Assembly (NCBI RefSeq): GCF_036321535.1
Contig: NC_087454.1
Span: 35,216,001 to 35,280,000, forward strand
Direction: 5' to 3'
Length of the DNA stretch: 64,000 bases
DNA from: Camelus dromedarius
Taxonomy: Eukaryota
Below the pieces are notes generated by a model that saw only the letters and a list, made by a program, of their open reading frames with translations, was not told the origin of the DNA and did not search any database. Position 1 is the first letter of the stretch. The number at the start of each line of letters is the position of its first letter. Shown in pieces: positions 11,690 through 24,570 of this stretch. The translations under genes were made by a program, and so were the position numbers.

Positions 11690-12790
11690 AGATCCTGGGA
11701 GGTGTCTTGGCAGAGGTCACAGCCACTGGAAGGGGAAGGTGTGAGGCCTAGAGGGCAGCCAGGTTGGGAGTAGAGTCGGAGTAGACTCTGGAAAACAATC
11801 CATCAATGTGATTGGTTTTGACCTGGTCGGCAAGCCTTTGTGAAGGAGCCAGCTTGGTTAGACAGGGAGAAGAGGGGGCAGTGCAGGGTCCTGGCTCAAG
11901 TCCGTGGATATGACTCGGGGGCGAAGGAATGGTCGTTACCCCAGTAGTGAGCCTCTTGGGTCCTGCCCAGCTACCCCTTCTTGGACAGCAACCTACCCTT
12001 TGCAAGAGACTGGGTGCTGGTGCAGAAACGCAGGCGCCGGATGGGGGATGCTCACCTGGCAGCTGCCCTGCCTCCCCCGCTCCTCCCGCCTCACCTGTCC
12101 AGGCTCGTCAGCAGGGGCCAACATCTGGCAAGGCTGGAACAGGCCCAGAAACCCAGCTTTGCCAGCTCGTGTTTGCATGTGGGCTTCTGATGGGGAGCAT
12201 GCACACGTCTGGGACCCTCGCAGACCCCTGTGCTGTCGGTGGTCTGGGGAGAGGGATTTCCTGTTACTACCGTGTACGGAGCCGGCGGTGGCTGAGGGTG
12301 TTACACCGCCTGCAGGCGGTGCCCGCGGACCGGAGGGCAGGGCAGGGCGGGGGGCCCCGCGCCGTGCGGGCGGGGGCCGCCTGGGCGGCGCGCACACAGG
12401 TGGCCGAGGCAGCCGCAGCCAGGGCGTTGGGGCCCCCGCAGGGCCGCACGGAATCCCGCGGCCCGGGGCGCCCACGGCGCGCGAGGTGCGCTCCGGGGCG
12501 GTCCCGCCTGACCCCGGAAGGGAAAGCGGTTTTGGGGAAGGGGAGCGAGGAGAGCGAGTTAAGTCAAACTGAGCGTCAAAGTTGTTTTGCTGCCCTCGGG
12601 CCGCCTCGTCCCCGCCTCCTCTTTGCCCCAGGCTCCTGCTGAGTGGCCTCCTCGGAGCCCCGGCACTCCCCGCGTCCCGGCCGGAGTCGGGGGGCCACGA
12701 GCGCCAGGTCTCGGGCTTCTCGACCCTCCGGAGCCAGGTCGCCGCGAAAACCCGGAGCGGAGCGGCCCTCGGGCCGGAGCCGCCCCGGGC

Positions 12791-13573
<783 letters not shown>

Positions 13574-16500
13574 TGACCAGGCAGGTGAGGAGCCAGGTGG
13601 CTCGGGCCGTTCCCCGCCCGGAGGACGGAGCGCGGCACCCCGCTCCCGGGGCGGCCCCCTCGCCCTGCATTCCCGGACCGCTGGCCGGGGAGTGTTTCCC
13701 CCTCGGCCTGGGCAGAGCGGGGAGGAGGTGGGCAGCGCGCGAGCGAGCCGCGCTATCTCGGCATCTTCCGAGGAATGTGCTCCGGGCCTTATCGCGGGTG
13801 GGCCGTGCCGGGAAGGGCTGTAGCTGGGCGGCCTGCCTGGGCTCCGGTACCGGCCGCGGAGGGGGTGGGGGAGGAGGGGGGCTGTGCCCGCGGAGCCGTG
13901 GGCAGGTGCCCAGGTGCCCGCCGCTCGGGCCCGGCCTGCGTGGACCTGTTGCGTGGAAGCAGCCGCGGTGAGTGTCCGCAGAGGCTCTGCCCCGCGGGCC
14001 AGCCTTGCAGCCGCCGCTCCCAAAAAGGCCGCCTTCAGCTTGCCGCCTTCTGCCCTTGCGGTGATGTGTTACCTTTTCAGAATTGTTTATGTAAATTAAT
14101 CACTCTGCTGCGGGCCAGACTTGTCAAGCGACACATGCTGATCGTGCTTTAATGGAGGGTCCGGAACTGCGAACTTTCCACCTTCGAGCTTGCCCAGGGA
14201 ACTTAGCTTGAGGAAGCCTTAAGGAGGAAGGTATCCCCAGTCCAGGGCCGTCTGTGCAGGAAGTCGGTGTGCAGTAGTCCGAAGGTGTTCAGGAAGTAGG
14301 GGCCCTGAAGGCCGGAGCGTCGGAACTCGTATCTTGCTGGACCCTTTTTGTTAACACAAAGCCCAGACGCGGTCGCAGAAACACTCACTAGTCAGACGTT
14401 CGGGCTTGTTAGAATGCCCCAATGCGTTCTCCGGCCGGAGAGTGTTTTCAACAGCAGAACTGTGTTTTTCTCAACCTTTCAAGTGTTGTTATTCTCCTTG
14501 GATTAACTTTCCTTGGTCTCTGTGGAATTGATTGGATGGTTTGCTCCGTGCGATCCCGGGGATTATCCTCGCTGGGATCTTTGCAAAGTCCACCCCCCAC
14601 CCCCAGGCTTTATTTAGCTTAGAAGCAGAAAAGCCATCCAGTTCCCTCCAGCGTTTATTATTTTGCAGGCATTTTCAAACATGGTTTTATCCGGCCTTTA
14701 GCTTCCTTAAATTTGACTTAAAGTCACGAGCTCACTTACTGCCATAAGTTGTGATGAGTTTTAGGCACGGCTATGGCCAGGAATATAAAATATGTAATTT
14801 AATACGTTTCAAGGGCTTCAGAATGAAGTTGTGAAAAGAGGGGAGTGAAAAGTTGTTCTGCTAGAAACGTTTCCGTACTCTCTGTGGTGTTGTTTTGCTT
14901 GTTTGTTTCCTTCTGCAGGACTGGAAGATGCCCTTTGACTTGGATTGGTTTTTCACTCCCTTCTGCAGAGTTTGTGGGTTTTCCTGTAACGTTGGGGAAT
15001 TCAGCTCGGTATGAGAAATTAGGGGTTTGGATGTGTCAGGTATTTCTCCTGAGTCTAAATGGAAAACTTCTCAGAAGCTCAAAATACAGTCTGTAAATGT
15101 GGGCATAAACAAGCTTTTCAGAGGCTAGACGTGGTCTCGGTGATGGGTCATTGCTCTGACAGCTCTTAAATTAGTTTTATAGTTTTCAAGTTGTGTAAAA
15201 TCCATTTGTCCCTGACTCATTGCGTGCCTGGGTGCGTGCAAGGCAGACTCCGGACAACCACCTTGAAAACACAGATGTTTGATTCACCATCTTTGCTTGG
15301 GCGTCTGTTGTTTCTCCTCTGAGATGTGTGTAACTCATTAGTGCTGCTCACTGCTGTCCCTGCCCCCTGCCCCCTCCCATAGCCCCACCCCTACCCCCTT
15401 GCCTGCCACTGATGGACCTCCAAGGTGTTTGTGGGGGTGGCCATACCTGCTGTATGTTCTTCATTTGCAGCCGAAAGGGAAGCCTGCACCCTCCACCCCA
15501 ACAGCAAGGGTACACCCCTCCAGCCTTCAGCATCGTGAAAAGCACCTCCTTCTCCCTGGAGGTCTGCAACCTCTGTTAGCTCCAGTCCTCTCGTTTCACA
15601 AACGGAGACTCAGAATTGAAGTGACTTTTTCAGGGCTAATTCCCGCCAGTTAGATGCAGAATCGCTGTCATCCTCCTTTTCAGGTGTCTGGCAACTATGA
15701 CAACTTTGGACGCCCAGCAGGAACCTGGCCCGCTGCGCTTCTAGCACCGTCAGACCCTCAGTTACTTAGCCCCCCAGTCTGACTCACATCAATAAGCTTG
15801 GCCGCAGTCAAGCATTTAATGACCCTCCAGTATTTGCTAGTTGTGGGAATGTAGAGATTAAGGAAGGTGTGATTCCTATGAGCTGTTTGCAGCTTTGCGG
15901 GGAGTCGGGGACTTCAGTACAGATGTGGTGGGTGTGGGGTGGAGTGGGCGCCCCAGTTACCAGACTTGGTGGTTGCTTCCCTGATCTTCTAACTTTTTTG
16001 CTGAACCTGCACCACCATCTCCAGCAGGATCCACCGTGTGATAGCCTCCAGGCTGCCATTCTGCAGGGTTGCTTAGAGCCTTCACCTTTAGCCTGGAGCA
16101 GCTGGACGAGAGCCTCACCACCCCTTCCCATCCTCCCTCCTCTCCCCTCCTCCATCCCTTTGGGATGTTGTTAACAGAGGCACCTTGAGATGCCCCCTTG
16201 GGAGCATATGCCCAGCATCCAGTAGGTCCTGCTGGATAAACTGCTGTTAATCTGTGGAATGAAAGTTGCTGAGTCTGATCCAAATCTTCCTCCTCTGCTT
16301 CTTTCTTGGCCCTGAAGCACATCACTGCTGCGGCATCGGTCCTTTTAATGGAGTCGGGGGTCTTCAGGTTGGAGGCATCCTCAGAAGTGGAGGTCGTCTA
16401 AGTGGTGCAGTGGTTTTGTCTTCCTCTCCATCATCAGTCCATCCCTGCCTTCCTTTTTGCACATACTCTGTGTTTCTGATGCCATCAGTTTCCCCACAGT

Positions 16501-17733
16501 GAGCTCCGATTCTCTGATACCTTCCAACACGTGCATTTACATGGCCTCTCTAGACCGTCACAGCGCCTGGTCTAATAGGCAGCAGATATTTGGAGTGAAC
16601 GCTGTCAAGCCTTTCTCGTTTAACAGGTTGAGTTTCGTCTTGTCACCTCCCTTAGTGAGAGTTCATTTGATCGTCCCATGACTGTCCACTGACCTTATCT
16701 CAGATACCTGCTCCTGCCCATCATTCTTTCTCACGTCCTGCTTTGTTTTCCCCCGCCCTCAGAGTACGTATCACTGTATCACTACCGAGCTCCAGTCTGC
16801 ACTTGGTTACTTGCCCAGCTCCCCAGCCAGCACATAAGCTCCTTGAGGGCAGGGGTGCTTTTGTTCGAGGCTGAACCCAGGACCGTGTCTGGTACACAGT
16901 GGGCACTCCAGTGCCTGTGGCACGGACAAGTCCTTATACCCTGTCACGGGTGGACGGCCCCGTTTCTTAGTCATCGTGACTGCCCTTCCCACCTCTGGCT
17001 GTGGCTGCGCACCAGTCTGTGGGAATTGGTAACGACACAGAGACACTGAGAACTCAGAGGTCCTGTGCTGCCCATCTGTTCTCTGTCTCTTCTATGCTGG
17101 ACACTTTTGACCGCCTTACCTTTTGGAGATAATCTTTATGCGTCGTCGACATATTCTGTGGATATGACTTGCACATCTCCAGCTGTGATCTGTTGAGAGG
17201 ACACTCATGCCCAGATGGAATAAGCCCCTCTTGTTTTCAACCCACCATGTTTCAGTTTAGGTCTCGCCCCCCCCCCCCCCCGCCCCAACTGGCTTCTCTC
17301 CCCAACAGTTCCATTTCTAAAGGCTGGGGCAGCCGCTCTCCCTGCCTCACGGATTCAGGGACTTAGCTTCTCATCTCCGCCATCCTTCCATCAGAATGCC
17401 CTCTTTCCTCTCCATCTCTCGCTCCCCTGGCTGGTTCCCCCTGGATTCCTGCTGTCCTGTCCGAGGCTGGCCATCTTCTGCGGGTGCTCTTAGGGCTGGG
17501 CTGGAAGGAGCGGGAAGCAGGGATGCTGGAGTCAGTTCAGGTGCTGCTCCACCACCTGCATTCTTTCTCCAAGCCTCCCTTTCCTCACCTGTCACAGTAG
17601 CACCTACTTTGTATGGTTATTCCGGGATTAAAGAGATAATGCAGGCAGTGCACTTAACAGGGCTGAGATGGCTAAGCTCCTTTTGGATACTGTGACAAGA
17701 TGCTTTTTAGGATACAGTGTTGGTTATTATGTA

Positions 17734-18410
17734 TTTTTTTTTGAAGTATAGTTATTTACTATGTTGTGTTAGTTTCTAGTGAACAGCATAGTGATTCAGT
17801 TATAGGTATATACATATATATATATATTCCTTTTCAGATTCTTTCCCATAATAGGTTATTGTAAGATACTGAATATAGTTCCCTATGCTATACAGTAGAA
17901 ACTTGTTGTTTATCTGTTTTATACATAGTTGTTCGTATCTGCAAATCCCAAGCTCCCAATTTATCGCGCCTCCCTTTCCCCTTTGGTAACCATAAATTTG
18001 CTTTCTATGTCTGTGAGCCTCTTTCAGTTTTGTAAATAAGTTCATTTGTGCCATTTTTTAAGATTCCACAGGTAAGTGATGTCATATGATATTTGTCTTT
18101 CTCTGGCTTACCTTCAGTTGGTAAGATCATCTCTAGGTCCATCCATGTTGCTGCAAATGGCATCATTTCATTCTTTTTTATGGCTGAGTAGTACTTCCTG
18201 TTATATAAATACGCCACAGCTTCTTCATCCAGTCATCTGTTGATGGACATTTAGGTTGCTTCCATGTCTTGGCTATTGTAAATAGTGTTGCTCTGAACAT
18301 TGGGGTGCATGTATCTTTTCGAATTAGAATTTTCTCCAAATGTGTGCCTAAGAGTGGGATTGCTGAATTGTATGGTAACTCTATTTTTTAGTTTTCAAAG
18401 GACTCTCCAT
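17734..18410 (-). mobile_element. Cetartiodactyl-type L1 3' end (ORF2 C-terminus + 3' UTR), antisense in intron 1
   Basis: The minus-strand frame reads KKNEMMPFAATWMDLE (L1 ORF2 end), with a T-tract at 17734-17742. Confidence 0.92.
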
Positions 18411-19672
18411 CCTAAGGAAACTGTGTTTTATAAACTGGACTTTGAAGACATTTTCCTGGGAATTGGTAAATTAATTTTTAAAACCAAAGTTAAATTTTTA
18501 ACTTTCTTTTAAATAATAATTTTTAAAACATCCTAGGTTCTGTAACATCTAGATGACCTTACAATGAGTCATGCCATAAGGATTTTGTGCCGATGTTAGA
18601 TTGAGCACCCCTTTGATTGTCTCTAGCGAAGCAGGAAGGGTCAGATGTGGACTTATCGCAGAAATCATGCTTTAGGGTCAATTGAAGGCTGGAAGTTCAT
18701 GAACTAAGGTTTCATGGCAGTTTGCCAAGAGTGATGGATGCTGAAGATCTCCCTGCCCCACGGTGGGGCAGCCTCCCTGAGTTGTGAGGAACCTGCCCCA
18801 GGTAGCGTCTTGCACACGATGCAAAACAGCGTCATAATCGTCTGTCGTGTGCAATTAACACCGAGTTCTCTTTTGTTGTTTTTTAATCAGATTTTTAAAT
18901 TGTTTCACCTTATTGTTTTCATAAGAGCTCAAGCACAGGGTGGGCATACCTAGCTTTTTATTCAGACATGCTTAAATAACATTATAATGAAAATGAATTT
19001 AAGGCAAAGCCCAGGAGGAAGGGCGTCCAAGAGATCACTGTCCCCTGGGAGCGGTGACTCGCATGTTCCTCAGGTTTGGGAAGCCGCTCTCCTTTCTCGG
19101 ATGTGCTGTTGGTTTTCTGATTATGTTTCTTGTGAGTCCAGCCCCCCTTCCTCTTCTCCTGCTCCCACCTCGCAGACCCCCCCCCCCACTTCCCAGGTGA
19201 GGAGACTGAAGCCTGGGGGAGGTGTAATTTCCCCCAGGTAGGTGGACATTAAGGTCTCTTTGATTAGAAGCATTGAGTAGTTGCTGCACATTAATAATAA
19301 TCCTAATAGCCACCGCTTACTGAGATTTTACTGAGCTCCAAACATTGTATTAAATGCTCAGTATAAATTATTTCCCTTAAATGGAATAGCAACTCACGTT
19401 AGCCCTTAGAATTCCAGTTTAGCCAGTGCAGACGCTGAGGCTTATTTAAGAAGTTGCTCCAGAAGCTTGTGTAAGGAACTGGGCTGAGGTCTGCTGTGGG
19501 GCCAGCGCCTGCCTCCAGCCCCATGTGTCACTTGCCCCCGGGGGTGGGGCTTGGCTGTGTGACCTGCTTCGAGGAGCCTCCACTGAAGGTGATGACACCT
19601 CCAAGGTGTCTCTCGCTCTCTGAGGAGCCAAGGGAAGGCTTCAGAGGGGGTGACATTCGCATTGGAAAGAAG

Positions 19673-19905
19673 GAATTGGTTTTCTCTGGATTTATGCCCA
19701 GGAGTGGGATTGCTGGATCATATGGTGACCCTAGCTTCTTAAGGAAGCTCTCTTCTGTTCTCTTTGGTGGCTACACCAAACTACATTCCTACCAACAGTG
19801 TAGGGAGCAGTCCCTTTTATATGTGAATAACTGAATCACTCTGCTGTACACCAGAAACGAACACAACATTGTAAATCAACTGGACTTCAATTAAAAAAAA
19901 AAAAC
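19673..19905. mobile_element. 5'-inverted L1 insertion (antisense internal piece + sense 3' tip)
   Basis: 19673-19815 is antisense L1 sequence (homologous to 18322-18410 and beyond); 19817-19905 is the sense L1 3' tip with an A-tail. Confidence 0.7.
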
Positions 19906-21820
19906 AAAGGGAAGGGAAAGACATGTCGTGGTTGCCCAAACCAGTCCTTTCCAGGTGGCTCGGGCTAGGATGCCTGAGGGGTTGAGCAGGACTGGACAGA
20001 GGCTGGGGTTGGGGCCCTTTGGCAAGGAGATGAACTCTGTCCTCTGGATGGCATGTCAGCAGAGGCACAGTACAGGTTGGACCTCTGTTCTAGAAAGGTG
20101 GCTCTGGGGCGGGGTGGGGGAAGCAGTCTGGAGCCCCTGTGGTGGTCTGCGTGGGAGGAACCATACAGCACCTGTGGGCTGGGCGAGGCAGGTGCTTCGT
20201 GGAGGATGTTCAGGCTGGGAGCTTCCTGCCCTCTGGTCCAGTGCTCTTTCTCTGCCCGCTTCCGTGTTGTGCGGACCGCCTGAGGTCTGCATCAGTGCTC
20301 TGGGGGCACGAAGCATTTACCTCCCTTTTGTGGACACATGTTCCTCGATTGTTGAATGTTATGTGTCTGCATTCAACTCGTAAATTGCTTGCTAAGCTTT
20401 GTACGTAGTCATTGGCTTGGGGGAAAGATGGACAGCCAGATGTGCTCAGGATGGGGAAGTTTGTTTGTTTTGGGTTTCAGATGAATATGGTCAGCGAGTT
20501 GATAAAACTGCAGCCGCAATAACGCTGGTAGCCCAGTGTGTTCTGTTTTCCTGAGGAATGTGTCTGGGTACCACGTGTGTACCAGACCACGGACCTCAGT
20601 TTCCTCATTCTCTGCTGATGCTCTGAAACACTGGTGCCTGGAGCATTTTTCATTTCCAGAGTAACTTGGGAGTCAACTCGAGGCTGACATCTCATTTTTA
20701 AAAAATCGTTCAATTCTTTGAGGAGATAGCAATACTACTCACTTAATAAACCTTTCCTAGAGTTTGACCAAGTTGAGCTGTGCTGGTAAAATAGCAAAGT
20801 GAGCCTGTTTCCACAGTCTCCTCCTCTCTTTTCTGGGGCTTTCAGGGACAAGGGGGCACCTCGGCCCCTCTTCATAGCTTCCAGAGTGTCATCCTCTCTG
20901 CCAGAAAGTGAACTTACGTACTGCGATAAGTCGGCACTTGGGATTGTCTTAAAAAGGATCCTTTACACAGACTAGAAATCTGAGGGGTAAAGCATAGCTG
21001 ATATTTACCCAGGAGGGTCAGGAACAGCAGTGTGAACGTTTCTCAGCAGTGATGACAAAAAAATCCCAGCCTTGGTCCTGCCGGGCCCTGGACAGAGGTG
21101 TTGGGCTCTTTTGGGGGGAGGACCCCACAAGGCTGCAGGCTTCTCTCTTGGCTCACAGAAGTCTAAAGAAAGTTTGCCTATTTTAGGACTCTGTCCGGAA
21201 CACAGGGCTAGAGATATTTGTCCCCTTCATGTGATAGTTTGAGGGGTGATGAGATCACGGGCCAGAGCTTAGTAAGTGCATAGGAGAAACTCCTGGATGT
21301 CCATTTACTTTCTCCTGGGTATTACTTAGTGGGCGGGAATGGTAATTTACTATCGCATGTGGTATTTTAGGAGGTCTAATCGGGTGTGTGTGCGTTTGTG
21401 CCTGCAGTGTAAAGTACTTTGAACTTCTGGAAGTAGGATGGAATATTTTAAAACATTATTTTTTTTGCTTATCATCATTTTGAGAAATTTCCTTATATCT
21501 AGGCTGTAGCTTCTAGATTCCGGAGAATTTGACTCAGTTGGGAGAAATTTGTTAATTTCTGTTTCCGAGAACTGCAAGGAGTAGATTTGACATGTGGTGG
21601 GTAAAAGGTGCTACACCTAATTGCAGCGTGTTACAGACTGAGTCCTGGAGGGTATGATCAGATGGTGGAGGACTCTCCACCCTGACCGCTCCAGTCGCCT
21701 TTCTCTCCACAAGCCACAGCCCCTTCTGGGGGAAAGATAATCAGAGGGGCTGTCAGCTGACTCGTGGGGGAAGTGGGGAGCATTTGTGAAGGGCAGAAAG
21801 GAGCTGCTGAACCCTGAGGA

Positions 21821-22242
21821 TGTGACCTGGGTTCTGACTTCCTGACCTGATGGAGAGGATGCTGTGACCTGGGCTCTAACCTCCTGACCTGATGGAGAGG
21901 ATGCTGTGACCTGGGCTCTGACCTCCTGACCTGATGGAGAGGATGCTGTGACCTGGGCTTCCTGACCTGACGGGGAGGATGCTGTGACCTGGGCTCTGAC
22001 CTCCTGACCTGATGGAGTGGGCGCTGTGACCTGGGCTCTGACCTCCTGACCTGATGGAGAGGATGCTGTGACCTAGGCTTCCTGACCTGACAGGGAGGAT
22101 GCTGTGACCTGGGCTCTGACCTCCTGACCTGATGGAGAGGGTGCTTTGACCTGGGCTCTGACCTCCTGACCTGATGGAGAGGATTCTGTAACCTGGGCTC
22201 TGACCTCCTGACCTGATGGAGAGGGCGCTGTGACCTGGGCTC
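21821..22242. repeat. Minisatellite of 42-bp and 36-bp units (10 units + partial)
   Basis: Consensus TGTGACCTGGGCTCTGACCTCCTGACCTGATGGAGAGGATGC. Units start at 21821, 21863, 21905, 21947 (36 bp), 21983, 22025, 22067 (36 bp), 22103, 22145, 22187 and 22229 (partial). Confidence 0.97.
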
Positions 22243-23559
22243 GTGCTGTTAGTGCAGCTGGCCTCACTTTGGACCATGATGTGGCCTTGTTTCGTCTCAT
22301 TACAGGAGTAGTATGTGTCGGATGCATCGAAAAATTCAAAGAATAAAAAATGTGACACTTTCCTTGATTCTCTCCAAGTGATTCCAGCCAGACATGAATG
22401 ATTTTAGAAGGTATTCTTACAGACTTTTCCTCTTCACATGCCACCATATAGTTATTACTCTTAAAATGACAAGAGGACCCCTATGTAAATGACTATGTAA
22501 ATTGCTTTGCCACTTTTTTTTTTTAACTTCACACTGTGCCCTGGACATCTCCACGTCAGTACGTATAGATGTATTTGAGCACTGATGCTGGTGCTATAGA
22601 GTTCCCTCGTGTGGGATATGCCAGAGTTGATTTATTTCACCATCCTCCGATTGCTGAATATTTAAATTGTTTCCACCTTATTTTTTTGCAGTGACAAATC
22701 GTGCTGGACTATATGTTCCTGTACATGTCCCTTTGCAGATGTTTCTTTAAGATGAAGTTCAAGATGCATAATTGTCAGATGAAAGGGTGCACACTTTAAA
22801 AATTTCAGTAGATATTGCTAGATTGTCAAAGATTATTATTTTTTTAATCAGAGTTGAATGGAGGCCTTGCCATTAGGGAAATCTACCCACTTCCCAGCTA
22901 GAGGATGAAGGATGAGGGAGGTAAGGTGATGTGTCACAGGAGTATGAAAACGTGGGCTGTCCTCTCCCCGTCCTGACTGCACCTGCTGTGAGCTCTCCCG
23001 GGGGCTGGGAACATAGGCCAGGAGGTGGTTCTATCATTTCTGCTCCTTTTCTCCTTGACAGGACTCCTTCCCGTAAACCTGTGAAAACCCTCGGGTAGGC
23101 TTCCGTCAGGCACTTAGACTTTTGTTCCAGGTCTTTGGAAGACAGACATCTGACTCCTGTGTTGAAGTAGCCTGTGGGCTGCAATGGGGCAGGGAAGCGA
23201 GCGGGATGGAATTCCTCACGTAGCTCAGTGCCAGGCAAACTGGGAGTTGCCATGGACCTCAAGGGAGGCTGGTTTTCACCGAAGGGAGGTTCAGATGGGC
23301 CGGGCAGTGGGGGCGGGCGTCGCAGATGGGGAGCTTTTGTGAGTCAACGTGATGCTGTGTTGCGGAGCAGAGACCCTCACTCTGGGTTGTGTTTCTGGAG
23401 CAGGGGGTGCAGATGGACAGTGTGCAGGATGTGGGGGGACAGGCAGCATGGCACCAACGCGGTGTGATGACTGCGCGGACCAGCCCTGCCCCCGGCCCGC
23501 CTCCTGATGTGGCGGTTCAGGCCCACGTCTCCCGCTGGCCGGGAGAGTCTGTAGACTGC

Positions 23560-23730
23560 TTAGGAGGCGGGCCTCTTGGTTGCGACGCCTCGGACAGGTA
23601 ACTCGGCACCCCTGTGCCCCAGTCTGCTTGTCTGTAAAAAGAGGGTAGTAATAGTTCCTCTGTCTCAAAGCTGTTTGAAGGGTAAATGAGTTCATGCATG
23701 TAAAATGCTGGGAGCACGTCTGTTCCATAG
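23560..23730 (+). mobile_element. MIR SINE
   Basis: ..cccagtctgcttgtctgtaaaaagagggtagtaatag..tgagttcatgcatgtaaaatgct.. Confidence 0.55.
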
Positions 23731-24459
23731 ACAGGCCCCCAGGACAAAGGGATGGTCCTTGTCATCATTATTGGCTATTTTGTGAAAGAGGCCGAAACCC
23801 CTTCACCTCCAAATCCGGTCTCCAGACTTGGTGGGAGAGATCCGTCTGAAACACAGGTGTGGTGGGTGACTTCCTGCGGCAGTGGCTTCTCCCCTTTTGG
23901 GACAGCCTGGCCGTGTTTTCGTCCCCCGTCCCTCCCCATCCGGAACCTGTGCTCCAGCAGCGGCCGGCTCCCCTGGTTACCAACCGCGCCATCCTCCCGC
24001 ACCTTCCTTTGTGTTCTGTCTCCTATGAGGTACTCTCTCTCTCTGCCTCCTTGTCTGCCTCGCTGTCTGCATCCCATGGGACACAGCTCCAGCGATACCA
24101 TTCCCGTGGGAAGCCTCCTCTTACCTCCTCTCTGGTTTCTGGGGACACCAGTACCATTATTCTCACCTCTTTGTCTGGGTCTCTGTCCCCCGTCGAAGCT
24201 GGTTCCTTAGAGCTACGCACCTTTCCTTCGGTTGCGTTCCCGCGGCCTGACAGGGTGATGAGCACAGAGCAGACACGTGAGACGTCTTGCAGCATCATGC
24301 AGGGGATGTTTTCAGCCCATCTGGGGAGGGCATTTAGAAATGGGTTTGGGCCAGACCGGGAAGTAGAGCTTGAAGATTGCTCCAAGGAGGGCCGTGCTTT
24401 CTGCGGTCCTTGCCTGTCTGGGTGGCGTCACAGTGCGGGGAAAACAGTCCAGGCCTTGG

Positions 24460-24570
24460 AGTCCGTCAGCCCTGGGCTCCTGTCCTTGCTCTGGCCGACA
24501 CTGGCATTGACCTTGGGCAGTTCATGTAATCTCTTGAGCCTCAGTTTCCTTATCTGAGCCATGAAGCGGG
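24460..24570 (+). mobile_element. MIR SINE core
   Basis: tgaccttgggcagttcatgtaatctcttgagcctcagtttccttatctg. Confidence 0.7.

Noticed and set aside
21821-22242. CRISPR-like array
   Set aside because: Units are contiguous with no unique spacers, no cas genes are present and the context is mammalian.
21876-22447. Repetitive antisense proteins (SPGHSILSIRSGGQ)n
   Set aside because: Explained by the 42/36-bp unit lengths; no promoter, Kozak or homology evidence.
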